Assembly: GCA_963822965.1 (NCBI GenBank)
Contig: CAWGJT010000005.1
Location: 1,184,001 to 1,248,000, forward strand
Direction: 5' to 3'
DNA: 64,000 nucleotides
From: an uncultured delta proteobacterium
GTDB lineage: Bacteria; Myxococcota_A; UBA9160; UBA4427
Under the pieces are notes generated by a model. The model searched no databases. It worked only from the letters and a program-made list of their open reading frames with translations, and was not told the DNA's origin. Each line of letters opens with the position of its first letter. Position 1 is the stretch's first letter. The position numbers and the translations under genes were made by a program. This document shows, piece by piece, positions 30,975 to 40,866 of the stretch.

Positions 30975-32486
30975 CTACCGGGGCGACTCGTTCCCCGCGG
31001 CACCGAAGAGTTTCGAGAGTGCCTGCCGGTACTCCGCCGGCGCGCCCCAGTTGTACTCGGCGTTCCACGAGAGCGTGGTCAGCAACGTGAGCGGGATCGA
31101 GGCGATCACCAGCGCGAGCCCGCCCACCCGCAACCAGCGCGAAGCGGGCCACCCGATCTGCGTCCGGTGCGCCAGAGCGAACAGGAAGAGGATGCACAGG
31201 CCCGGCAGGAACTCCGACGTGAAGCGGTGCGAAACCCAGTAGTACGACAGCGCGACCGCGAACTGGCTCGCGAAGAACGCGCCGATTGCGAGCTCGAAGA
31301 GCTTGCGCGCCGAGACGAGCCATACGAGACCGACCAGCGCGCCGGCGATCAGCCACGGCGACGTCGCCGTCAACGAGACGTTCCACTCGCGATAGCCCTC
31401 GACGCCCATCACCGTGTCGTGGCCCGCCTCGAAATGGACCCACGGCGGCTTCGCGTCGACCCGGCCGGAGGCGCCGAAGTAGCGCGACAGGTTGCTCGCG
31501 ACGCGGCGCGGGTTGAAGGTGCCGATCTCGAGGTGGCGCCGGTACAGGTCCGGCTGCTGGATGTAGATCAGCACCTTCGAGTAGTCGTGAAACGTGAACG
31601 GGCTGCCGAATCGCTCGAGGTTGTACCACGAGTAGTACAGGACGCATGCGAGCAGCGGACCGGTCAGACAGGCGACCGCGACACCCGAACGCAGCGTCGA
31701 CGTGAGAGAGGGGTGGAACAGCGACCGCAGCGCGGGAACCCGTGCCGAGATCCGGTCCCCGAGCGCGGCGCCCGCCAGCAAGAAGAGCGTGACGAGGATG
31801 TGGGGAACGCCGAACGGCACGCGCGCGAGGAGCGCCAGCCCGCCGAGCAGTGAGTACGACAGCAGGTGCCGCCTTCGCGAGCCGTTGGAATGGATCAGCG
31901 CCAGCAGGTGGACCTGCGCCCACAAGCTGCAGCAGAGAGCCCACAGGATCGCCTCGTGGTAGATGTACGCGCACGACACGAGGAAGACGACCGGCGTTCC
32001 GAGCCGAACGCGAGATCGAGCAGCAGCTGCGGGCCGCAGCGGAGCGGAGCCGTCGCGGTGGCGACGCGCAGCGCGCGCATCCACGCGAGCGACGCGAGCA
32101 CGGCCGCCGCGAAGCACGTGACCCGCGACCACTGCCCGAACGCGGACGGCCACGCCGCATTCAACGCGATGCGGACGAGCGCGGGCAGCGGACCGAAGTA
32201 GATGAAGTCCTTGCCTTCGGCCCGCATCGTCTCGGCGTTGGTCGGAACCTCGACGCCCAGGTGGAGCAAGCGACCGCCCGAGGTGGTCGAAGTTCGAGCC
32301 GAGCCACTCTGTGCCGATGAAGTCGAACGTCCCGTGCGTGACGAGGGCCGCGTAGGTGGCGGCGACCACGAGCAGCGCGAGCAGCGCGGTCCGGTCGTCC
32401 GATCCGACCGGCCCGAGCCGGGTCCGGAGCGGCGACCGCTCCGCTTCGGCCGATGATCCAGCCGCGGCCGCCGCATCCCCGGTCAC
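30975..32486 (-). CDS. GT-C-like polytopic membrane protein (frameshifts near 32270 and 32000)
   Basis: Segments in different frames (FIYFGPLPAL; AYIYHEAILW; YNLERFGSPFTF; HRFTSEF). Start approximate. Confidence 0.6.
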   Translation of the reverse strand: MTGDAAAAAGSSAEAERSPLRTRLGPVGSDDRTALLALLVVAATYAALVTHGTFDFIGTEWLGSNFDHLGRSLAPPGRRGSDQRRDDAGRRQGLHLLRSAARARPHRVECGVAVRVRAVVAGHVLRGGRARVARVDARAARRHRDGSAPLRPAAAARSRVRLGTPVVFLVSCAYIYHEAILWALCCSLWAQVHLLALIHSNGSRRRHLLSYSLLGGLALLARVPFGVPHILVTLFLLAGAALGDRISARVPALRSLFHPSLTSTLRSGVAVACLTGPLLACVLYYSWYNLERFGSPFTFHDYSKVLIYIQQPDLYRRHLEIGTFNPRRVASNLSRYFGASGRVDAKPPWVHFEAGHDTVMGVEGYREWNVSLTATSPWLIAGALVGLVWLVSARKLFELAIGAFFASQFAVALSYYWVSHRFTSEFLPGLCILFLFALAHRTQIGWPASRWLRVGGLALVIASIPLTLLTTLSWNAEYNWGAPAEYRQALSKLFGAAGNESPR

Positions 32487-32799
32487 CGACAGCCCCCAGC
32501 GCACACCCGCGCAGCATACCCCAGCGCCGTGGTAGGATCGCACCGTCATCTCTTCCCGGTCGCCGAAATGCCCGAATCCGAGGATGGCTCGCTCCGGCCG
32601 TCTCGGGCGACCTTCCGTGCAATGACTCTCGCCGGACCGCCGAAGAGCCTTGCGCGACCCGAGCTCATCCTTCCGTCCGAGCCGGAGGATCGGTGCTCCA
32701 AGCTGGGTGGAACTTCGTCCATCTGCCCGGAGGCGAGAATCTGCTTCCAAATCCGGCGCGATTCCCGGCACAATCGAGGCGTCGAGCCCGGAGGTCTCC

Positions 32800-33576
32800 A
32801 TGCGAAGGCTGGTCCTGCTTGCCGCGCTCCTGTCGTGCCTGCCCGCGAGCGTACGCGCCGGAGTGATCATGGTGTCGGGAGACGCGACGCCGACCTTCTA
32901 CGTGTCGGACCTCTCCCCGAACTTCGCGACGGCCGGCAACCAGGCCTTCTTCTCGAACGTCCTGGGAAGCGGCCAGCAGGTGGCCGTGCTCGACAGCGCC
33001 AATCCCTCCTGGAGCCCGGAGTTGCTGGACTTCTACGGGAGCCTGCCCGGCGTGACGGCCAGCCTACTGAGCGGTCCGCTCGACGGCGCCCAGCTCGCGG
33101 ACGTCGACCTGCTGCTCGTCTCGCCGAACGATGCGCTCACGGTCGACGAGATCCTGTCCGTCGGCAGCTTCATCGACGCCGGCGGATCGCTGTTCTTGAT
33201 GGGCGACGGCGTCGGGGTCGGAACGGCCTACGACGTCAACCCCAACGTCAACGCGATCTTGGCCGGGATCGGCAGCGGGATGCGCTTGAACGAGGACGAT
33301 CTGGACTCCGGCGCCCAGCTCGCCCTGGGAAACCACATCCTGGCGGACCCGCTGACCGCAGGCGTCACCGGCCTGACCTACGGCGCAACCAGCACGGTCG
33401 ACGGAGGGACGCCGCTGTTCCTGGCGAGCACCGGCGCCCCCTTCATCGCGTACGAGGAGATCCTCGTGCCCGAGCCCTCTACCCTCGTCCTGGTGCTGGC
33501 CGCGCTGGGCGCGGCCTGTCGTCGGCGGGACCATTTCAAGCTGGCGGGGGGTTCTCGGCTGCAGCGCTCAAGGTGA
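32800..33576 (+). CDS. PEP-CTERM surface protein
   Basis: Signal peptide MRRLVLLAALL..VRA; tail VPEPSTLVLVLAALGAACRRR. Confidence 0.85.
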   Translation: MRRLVLLAALLSCLPASVRAGVIMVSGDATPTFYVSDLSPNFATAGNQAFFSNVLGSGQQVAVLDSANPSWSPELLDFYGSLPGVTASLLSGPLDGAQLADVDLLLVSPNDALTVDEILSVGSFIDAGGSLFLMGDGVGVGTAYDVNPNVNAILAGIGSGMRLNEDDLDSGAQLALGNHILADPLTAGVTGLTYGATSTVDGGTPLFLASTGAPFIAYEEILVPEPSTLVLVLAALGAACRRRDHFKLAGGSRLQRSR

Positions 33577-33709
33577 ACCACCTGCGCCCGGTTCCTCAAG
33601 AGCGAATGGTTGCTCATCCTCCGAGGACTACCGGCTTCGAGTCGGCGCGGCCGTCGGCGGCGGGCGCCGGATCCGGCGGACTCTCCGCTCAGCCTGGAGA
33701 GCGACCGGC

Positions 33710-34564
33710 TCAGGCGGTCGCGCTGCTGACCAGCCACATCGCGCCGGGCAGGCGCACGCTCTCGCCGTCCAGATGCGGGGCCAGCGCTTCGCGGATGGAG
33801 GCGATGGCGGCCGAGACGACCTCCGCCGGTTGGCCGCGCAGCCAGCTGTTGATCGCGCCGATCTGGGTCGACTGGTCCACGGCCTCGTCCAGTCCCCGGC
33901 CGGCGGCGATGTCGAGATCGACGTCGAACCTGTCGAGGCGCGGCGGCGCCCAGCCGGCTGCGGTGAGCACCTGGGAGACGCGCTCCGGATCGGCGAGGGC
34001 GAACATGCCGGGGGCATGCGGGGTCGGCTTGGGCCGCGGGGGCAGATGCCGGGAGACCGCGTTCATCGGCACCCCCATCCACGGGTTCTCGACGAGCGGG
34101 CGCCAGCACACGAACGACATTCGCGCGCCAGGGACGGCCGCGGATCGCATGTGGGCGAAGGCAGCAACCGGGTCGCCGAAGAACATCACGCCGAAGGCCG
34201 AGGTCAGCAGATCGAACTCGTCCAGCGGGGCCGTGGCGGGATCGGCCTGCAGCCAATCGATGTTGGCGATGCCGGCGTCCCCGGCACGCCGCCTCCCCTC
34301 GGCCAGCATCGGCCCGGAGATGTCCAGTGCCGCAACGCGGCCGGCGGGACCGATGGCGCGCGCGAACTCCAGCGTGGGCGCGCCGCAGCCGCAGCCGACG
34401 TCCAGCACCCGCTCGCCGGCACGCGGCGCGGCGTGCGAGAGCAACGCCTCCGTCACTGGAGTCAGAGTGATGTCGGTGTGCGCCTGCCGGGCGACCCACG
34501 TGTGGCCACCCCTGCCGTTCCAGAACGCAAGCTGATCGGCGTTGACTTCCTGCGCGCTGGCCAT
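33710..34564 (-). CDS. Class I SAM-dependent methyltransferase
   Basis: VLDVGCGCG, LDISGPML, FGVMFFGDP. Confidence 0.85.
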   Translation of the reverse strand: MASAQEVNADQLAFWNGRGGHTWVARQAHTDITLTPVTEALLSHAAPRAGERVLDVGCGCGAPTLEFARAIGPAGRVAALDISGPMLAEGRRRAGDAGIANIDWLQADPATAPLDEFDLLTSAFGVMFFGDPVAAFAHMRSAAVPGARMSFVCWRPLVENPWMGVPMNAVSRHLPPRPKPTPHAPGMFALADPERVSQVLTAAGWAPPRLDRFDVDLDIAAGRGLDEAVDQSTQIGAINSWLRGQPAEVVSAAIASIREALAPHLDGESVRLPGAMWLVSSATA

Positions 34565-34843
34565 GCCATCCTCCCGTGGGAACGGCGCCGACGTTGCACG
34601 ATTGCCGAGGGGACGGCAAGCGGGATGATGACCGGGCACTTGCCTCGGGCACCGCGACCCGATCGAGGGTGCCCACGACCGAGATGGTTCCGTTGCCTGG
34701 CCCTGGGCCCCAGAGAGGGACAAATCGCGCGCGGCCACACGACGTTCTGTCCCGGCTGTTTCTGGCCTGCCAGGGAATTCCGAGCCGACATGTCCGTCAG
34801 AATAGCTCGTCGAGCAGGGCCCTGAACGCGCGGCTCGTTTGTC

Positions 34844-36612
34844 CTACTTGCGACGACTTCTGCGATGGAGCAGGCCGAACGTCGAGAGTGCCAGAACCGT
34901 TCCCAATGCTCCCAGCCCCGCTCCGCCGAGGGCGGGCACATCGAGGAAGGTGCCGAAGAACAGCTCGTCGGGTACGAACGATCGTCCCCAGCAACGCACC
35001 CCCGTGGCGTCGATCGCACAGGTGAAGTCGCCTCCCGCGGCGACCTCGACGGGATTCTCGAGGCTGGGGGGCACGCTCGTCTGTCCGTAGTCGTTGTAGC
35101 CCCAGCAGCGCAGGCCCGAGTCGTCGATCACACAGGAGTGATCGCCCCCCGCGGTCAGGGCTCTCGGATTCGCCAGGTCGGTCGGAGGCGTGCCGGCGAG
35201 GGCTCTTCCCCAACACAACACGCCGTCGTCGTCGAGCACACAGGTGTGCTCCGCTCCCAATGCGATCTCCCGAGGGTTGGAGAGGCCGGCCGGCACGGTC
35301 GCCTTGCCGTAGGTGTCCTGTCCCCAACACTTCACGCCGTCGTCGTCCAGTGCGCACGTATGATTGAAGCCCGCGACGACGTGGTGGGGGTGGACGAGGC
35401 CGGACGGGACGCTCGTCTGGCCGTACTGGTTCGAGCCCCAACAGGCGACGCCATCGTCGTCGAGCGCGCAGCTGTGCCTGTTGCCCGAGGTGACGTAGCT
35501 GGGGTCGACGAGCCCGGCCGGAACGTCCGTCTGGCCATAGATGGTCTGTCCCCAACACTCGATGCTTCCGGCTGCGAGAAGCGCGCAGGTGTGGCTTCCG
35601 CCAGGTGCAATGACGGTGGGGTCGATGATCTCGCCGGGAATCGTCGCTTCGCCGGAACCGTCGGCGCCGCCCCAGCAATCCGCGCCCCCGTCGTGGAGTG
35701 TGCAGACGTGCTTCCAGCCGGCAGCCAGCCCGTTCGGGTCGGACAGGTGGGCCGGCACTTCGTCGAAGCCGTCGCCCCAGCAGCGGACGCCTTCGTCGTC
35801 GAGCGCGCAGCTGTGCTGCGCGCCCAACGCGAGTGCAATCGGGTTCCGGAGGCCGCTGGGCATGCTCTCCGGATAGCCGGCGATGGCTCCCCAATAGATC
35901 ACCTCTCCGCCCTGGAGCGCGCAGCTGTTGCACCCCCGGCCGCGATCGAGCTCGGATTCACGACCGAGGGGGGCACGTCGGACTCGCCGCAGTAGTACAG
36001 GGGGTCGGGGTTGATGCCCCAGCAGGTCACACCGTTGTCGTCCAGTACGCACGAGTGGCTGATTCCCAGTGCGAGGTCGCGCGGATGGACGAGGCCTGCG
36101 GGAACGTCGATCTGCCCGCTCTCGTTGTCGCCCCAGCACTTCACACCGTTCCGGTCGATCGCGCAGGTGTGATAGCGACCGGCCGCGATCTTCGTGGGCT
36201 GGTCGAGGCCGACGGGAACATCGGTCTGCCCACAGCAGTCGTTGCCCCAGCAGCTCACGCCACCGTCGTGGATCGCGCAGGTGTGGAAGCGGCCCGCGGC
36301 GATCGCGCTGGGATTGGCGAGGCCGGACGGCACGCTCGTCTGCCCGCGGCGGTCATTCCCCCAGCATCGCACGCCGTTGTCGTCGATCGCGCAGGCGTGA
36401 AACCAGCCCGTCGCGACCATCCTCGGATGCAGCAGGTCGTCGGGAGGGGTCGCCTGGCCGGCGTCGTTGTCTCCCCAGCAGGTGACCCCGTTGTCATCGA
36501 TCGCGCAGCTCAGGTACGCCTTCGCGACCAGCTCGTACGCCGGGGCCGAAGTCGCGACGGCTCCCATCACCATCGCCAGGCCCAGCAGCGGGACAGGCAG
36601 GGGAATTCGCAC
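34844..36612 (-). CDS. RCC1/BLIP-II repeat surface protein with IPTL-CTERM-like tail (frameshift near 35930)
   Basis: Many HTCAxDDxGVxCWG repeats over two frames; tail DVPALGGAGLGALGTVLALSTFGLLHRRSRRK. Confidence 0.8.
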
Positions 36613-36664
36613 TGGCGCGCTTCCGGCTACAGGAGGAATCGCCTCAGTGTCTCACGACAGCAAG

Positions 36665-36730
36665 GCGACTTTCAAGAGCCCGTGGAGGCATACATCGCGG
36701 CCATGCCAGGCTGGAAGAGGGAGGTCGGGC
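36665..36730 (+). pseudogene. Short DUF1801-like fragment
   Basis: PVEAYIAAMPGWKREVG resembles a conserved DUF1801 segment. Confidence 0.45.
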
Positions 36731-36924
36731 TGCCGGCGAGGCCCGCGGTAGGCCCCTGATCCGCTCGCTGACACGGATCAGCTCGTCCCACCGCTGCCGG
36801 CTCTGCTCGAGGGCCGCCACGTCCCGCTGACCGGGTCGTTCGAGGCGCGGCGCGCACGCGAGCGCGACCCCCGCTGCCAGGCCCAAGGCCGGCGCCTCCC
36901 GCAAGCAGGGCGCCGCGCGTTAGG

Positions 36925-37686
36925 CTAGGGCGAAGGCTGCGCCGGGGACCCCCGGCGGCGTCGCCCGCGTCCCGCCGCGCAGGCGAGGATCCCTGACACG
37001 ACGAGCACTCCGGTGCCGGGCTCGGGCACCAGGACGTCGAGGCTCACGTCGAAGGACGTGTAGTCCCCGATGTCCCAGACCAGGAAGCTTCCGCTCAGAC
37101 GGTAGCGACCCGCGGGCAGCACGAGGGTCCGTACGAAGTCCGTGTTCGGTCCGTCGCTCACGTACTCGTCGAGGACCGCCAGAACGGCTCCCTGCTCGTC
37201 GATGGATTCGAGGGCGATCCGGTCGCCGACGCACCCCGAGAAGCCCGGCGGATCGTAGATGCACCCGGTGGTGGCCCCCTGCCAGCGCACGGCTCCCCCG
37301 GTGAACGACAGATCCAGCTGGTAGAACGCATTCGTGTCGAGCTGGTTGAAGCTCTCGATGCCGCCGTGGTAGCGGAGGTGATCGGGGCCCACCTCTCCGT
37401 GGAGCTCCGGATCGTGGTAGTAGGAGGGATCGAGGTCGAACGAGCTCGTCGGGTCCGCTTCCCGTGTGCGGGCGGCGACGTACTCGAAGCCGTTCTCGTC
37501 GTACGCGAGGTACTCGATCCTGAGATAGGCCTGGCCCGACTCGGCGGTGATGCTCGCAGCCAGGGAAGGTGCTGCGGCGGTCGTCGCGAGGAGGAGCGCC
37601 GCTGCGAGGAGGAGGTGTTCGAGCGGGTGTCTGGTGGGAGACGGGCAGGGCACGGCGACCTCCGGGACGGCTCGGCCAGCCTCCAC
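36925..37686 (-). CDS. PEP-CTERM surface protein
   Basis: Hydrophobic signal; tail VPEPGTGVLVVSGILACAAGRGRRRR. Start uncertain. Confidence 0.8.
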   Translation of the reverse strand: MEAGRAVPEVAVPCPSPTRHPLEHLLLAAALLLATTAAAPSLAASITAESGQAYLRIEYLAYDENGFEYVAARTREADPTSSFDLDPSYYHDPELHGEVGPDHLRYHGGIESFNQLDTNAFYQLDLSFTGGAVRWQGATTGCIYDPPGFSGCVGDRIALESIDEQGAVLAVLDEYVSDGPNTDFVRTLVLPAGRYRLSGSFLVWDIGDYTSFDVSLDVLVPEPGTGVLVVSGILACAAGRGRRRRGSPAQPSP

Positions 37687-37797
37687 CCTACGGTGTGGGG
37701 GGATGCTCGGTCAAGGAAATCTCGTCGCCCGGCTCGCGACGGCTCCGGCCCGATATGCTGTGCCGGCACGGGTTGCGCGTTCGGGGGTAGTGCGATC

Positions 37798-37897
37798 GTG
37801 GGCTACATCCTGCTGGCGGGCCTCTTCTTCCTCGGGATCCACCTGTTCGTGGCGGGAACGTCGCCGCGGGACCGGCTGGTGGAGCGCCTGGGCGAGC
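37798..37897 (+). pseudogene. N-terminal remnant of an NnrU-family protein
   Basis: GYILLAGLFFLGIHLFVAGTSPRDRLVERLGE, then degenerates. Confidence 0.55.
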
Positions 37898-38008
37898 TGG
37901 GCGCCTGGCGGATTGGCGTCTGGTCGAAGTCGTCGTCTGCGGGATCGCCTGCGACTCGCACCGCTGCGAACCGATCGCCGCCCAATCGCCGCCGGCGCCC
38001 CCACCCGG

Positions 38009-39577
38009 TCACCCGATCGACTTCCCCCGCCCCTCCCAATGCGGCGCCCTCAGATCCCGCTTCAGCACCTTCAGCGCCCCCGACAAGGGCAGCGGCTCGG
38101 CCCGCAGCTCCACCGACTTCGGCACCTTGTACCCCGCGATCGCGGCCCGCGCGTGCTCGATCACCGTTTCCGGGCTCACCTCCGCCCCCGGCCGCGGCAC
38201 CACGATCGCGTGCACCGCCTCTCCCCACGTCTCGTGCGGGATGCCGATCACCGCCACCTGCGCCACACCCGGGTGGGTGCTGATCGCCGACTCCACCTCA
38301 GCCGAGTAGACGTTCTCGCCTCCCGTCACGATCATGTCCTTCACGCGGTCCACCAGGAAGAGGTAGCCGTCGGGGTCGAGGTAGCCGGCGTCGCCGGTGT
38401 GGTACCAGCCTCCCTGGAAGGCGGCGGCGGTGGCTTCGGGCTTGTTCCAGTACTCGCGCATCATCTGGCCGCCTCGCGCGCACACCTCGCCGATCTGGCC
38501 TCGCGGCAGGGGCTGGCCCTGCTCGTCCTGGATCTGGATCTGCACGCCCAGGGCGGGCCGGCCCACCGAGCGCAGGTGTGGCGAGCCCGGGCGGTGGTCT
38601 TCGGGCAGCAGCAGGGTCAGGGTGGAGCAAGACTCGGTCATGCCGTAGCCCTGGATCAGCTCGAGCTGGGGCAGGTCCGTCTGGATGCGGTCGAGGATCG
38701 CCTCGGGCATGGGCGACGCGCCGTAGATCAGGCGGCGCAGCGAGGCCAGGCGCTCGGGCGCGTACTTCTCGCTGGCGAGGCACAGGCCGATCATGGTCGG
38801 CACCATCAGGGTGTCGGTCACCTGGTGGGTCTCGATCAGGTCGAGCACCGCGTCGGGCTGGTACATCGGGAGAAAGACGGCGCGGCCGCCGTAGATGGGC
38901 GGGCCCAGGATGCCGGTCATCGAGGCGGCGTGGAACATCGGAGTCTGCATCAGCCAGGTGCCCAGGCGCAGGTCGGGGATGGTCATCACGCCGTGGTAGA
39001 GGTTCAGGATCTCGGCGCGGTGCTCGATCAGCACGCCCTTGGGCAGCCCGGTGGTGCCGCCGGTGTACATCAGCACCACCGGGTCGCTCTCCTCGGGCTC
39101 GCGCGGCCAGCGCGGCGCGGCGGCGGCCAGCAGCGACTCGTAGCCGACGTCGTGGGGGACGTCGCCGTCGCCGACGAGCACCACCTGGCGGATGGGGTCG
39201 TCTCGGCCGGCCTCCTCGCGCGCGGCGGCCAGCAGGGGCGCGAAGGTGGCGTCGGTGAAGATCACCTCGGTGCCCGAGTCGCACAGGATGTAGGCCAGCT
39301 CGCGGGGAGCCAGGCGCAGGTTGAGCGGGTTGATGACGCCCGCGCCCAGGAAGGCGGCGTGCCACAGCTCGAGGAACTCGTGGCCGTTCAGGGCCAGCAC
39401 CGCGAAGCGGTCGCCGGGCGCCACGCCGAGCGGCCCGGCCAGCGCATCGCACAGCCGGGCCACGCGGTCCGCGTGGGTGCTCCAGCTGCTGCGGTAGCCG
39501 CCGTCGACGATGCCCTCGACGTCGCCGTACTGCTCGAGGGCGGGCATCAGGCCGCTGCGGTAGATGAGCTCCTTCAC
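38009..39577 (-). CDS. Long-chain fatty-acid--CoA ligase
   Basis: YTGGTTGLPKG, QGYGMTE, YHTGD, DRVKDMIVTGGENV. Confidence 0.9.
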   Translation of the reverse strand: MKELIYRSGLMPALEQYGDVEGIVDGGYRSSWSTHADRVARLCDALAGPLGVAPGDRFAVLALNGHEFLELWHAAFLGAGVINPLNLRLAPRELAYILCDSGTEVIFTDATFAPLLAAAREEAGRDDPIRQVVLVGDGDVPHDVGYESLLAAAAPRWPREPEESDPVVLMYTGGTTGLPKGVLIEHRAEILNLYHGVMTIPDLRLGTWLMQTPMFHAASMTGILGPPIYGGRAVFLPMYQPDAVLDLIETHQVTDTLMVPTMIGLCLASEKYAPERLASLRRLIYGASPMPEAILDRIQTDLPQLELIQGYGMTESCSTLTLLLPEDHRPGSPHLRSVGRPALGVQIQIQDEQGQPLPRGQIGEVCARGGQMMREYWNKPEATAAAFQGGWYHTGDAGYLDPDGYLFLVDRVKDMIVTGGENVYSAEVESAISTHPGVAQVAVIGIPHETWGEAVHAIVVPRPGAEVSPETVIEHARAAIAGYKVPKSVELRAEPLPLSGALKVLKRDLRAPHWEGRGKSIG

Positions 39578-39635
39578 GAGCGCCTCCTGCCGGGGCTCGC
39601 GCGGGCGCCCCCGGTCGCGCCCATCAGCATATCAT

Positions 39636-39698
39636 CCGCCCCACCCGCCCTACCCGCCCCACCCGCCCCACGCGCCCCACCCGCCCCACGCGCCCCAC
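39636..39698. repeat. Tandem repeat, 7 x 9 bp (CCGCCCCAC)
   Basis: Direct reading; variants CCGCCCTAC and GCGCCCCAC. Confidence 0.9.
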
Positions 39699-39929
39699 CC
39701 GCGACGGAAGCGCGCTTCGGCGACGGGCGCGAAGCGGCCCGGACGCCGCGTGGGGCACGAGAGGAGCACGAGAGCGGCGGATTCGATCCCGACTGGGGCA
39801 GAGCGGGTCAGCCTAACAGCCGGCTGCCGCGCGTGGCCTCCCCGTAGGGTCTCGCTGCGGCGACGCGATCGCACGCCGGTGTCACGACCGGGCTCGCGCT
39901 TCGGATCGCCCGAATCGATCCGAACATCG

Positions 39930-40255
39930 TCCGCGAGGTACTCATGAACGAAGGGCTCGTCCGGGACCTTCGCGAGGGCGAATGGCGAGCACTCCTTTCT
40001 GAAGACAGTCGGCCTTGGCATAGGAGAGCGAAGGAGCTGGTCAAGAAGCTGGTCTCACAGGGTCGACTCGTCCACTCTCCCCCAGCCCGACCTCTTCCAC
40101 CCGCAGATGACCGTGAGTGGTACGAAGAGGCTCTCGGGTCTCACAAGGCTTTGCCGTTCACCGGCGGAGTAATCGTCGTGGCACCGGTGAAGGCCTCCTT
40201 CCCGCGCGAGACCATCGTCTCGCAAATTGACCGTCTTTCGTCAGCACCCTGGTGG
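39930..40255 (+). pseudogene. Internal fragment of a hypothetical protein
   Basis: Protein-like stretch EVLMNEGLVRDLREGEW...SAPWW with no clear start or end. Confidence 0.4.
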
Positions 40256-40586
40256 AGTGGTCCCGTCTGGTGCTTGTGCATCCACGTCTCCACTGGGCCG
40301 CAGGGGCACGCGAGAGAATCGTTGCAGTGCGGAGAAGGATCGAAGAGAACCGAGACTGTGTAGAGCCACGAGAGCTTACTGTCTGTTGACTCGTGGCGCA
40401 TCGAGGGCAAGGAGGCCGGCGCGTTCCGCTTGTGGAGCGGTTTTATCCCGTACGCACGGAGGCCCCGCGTGGCGTGTCGCCTCGAGCTTCATGGTGTCGG
40501 CCAGAGTCGTGCGCTCCAGCGTCGACTCCTTCTGGGCCGGGGTCTGGGTCGCTGCCCGCCGGAACGTCAGCCCCGTCGTGGAGCAT

Positions 40587-40665
40587 AGGACGAACAAGCC
40601 CGGTTTCGGGGTGACGTCCGAGTAGGGGCGAAATGTCAATCCCCTGCGGGTGGCCCGGCGGCGGG
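40587..40665 (+). repeat. Degenerate repeat copy C with dif-like core (40614-40641)
   Basis: AGGACGAACAAGCCCGGTT (18/19 to copy A)..ACGTCCGAGTA-GGGGCG-AAATGTCAATC-CCC. Confidence 0.75.
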
Positions 40666-40866
40666 ATTCTTCCGGCGCTACGTTGCGCGAAGACTCGTGG
40701 GACGTGCCGCGATGTGGCTGGATCCGCGACAGTGGAACCAGTTGTCGTGGGCCAAGATCGAGGGACTCGGCGAGGGTTTGCGGCGGACGCTGGGAGCCGA
40801 CGCCGGTGCCGGCAGGAACGAGCCGAAGTAGTGCGAACGGGCGAGACCGATCCGAAGGAAGAGGCG

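Noticed and set aside
34844..36612. Periodic ~110-bp repeats as a CRISPR-like array
   Set aside because: They are protein-coding RCC1 repeats; no constant repeat-spacer structure or cas genes.
36643..36660. CTCAGTGTCTCACGACAG, resembling a 23S rRNA segment or an IS end
   Set aside because: Too short, with no flanking rRNA similarity or partner inverted repeat.
36912..39830. Integron attC-like cores GTTAGGC (~36919) and GCCTAAC (~39811)
   Set aside because: No paired complementary R/L boxes at attC spacing and no integron integrase in the window.
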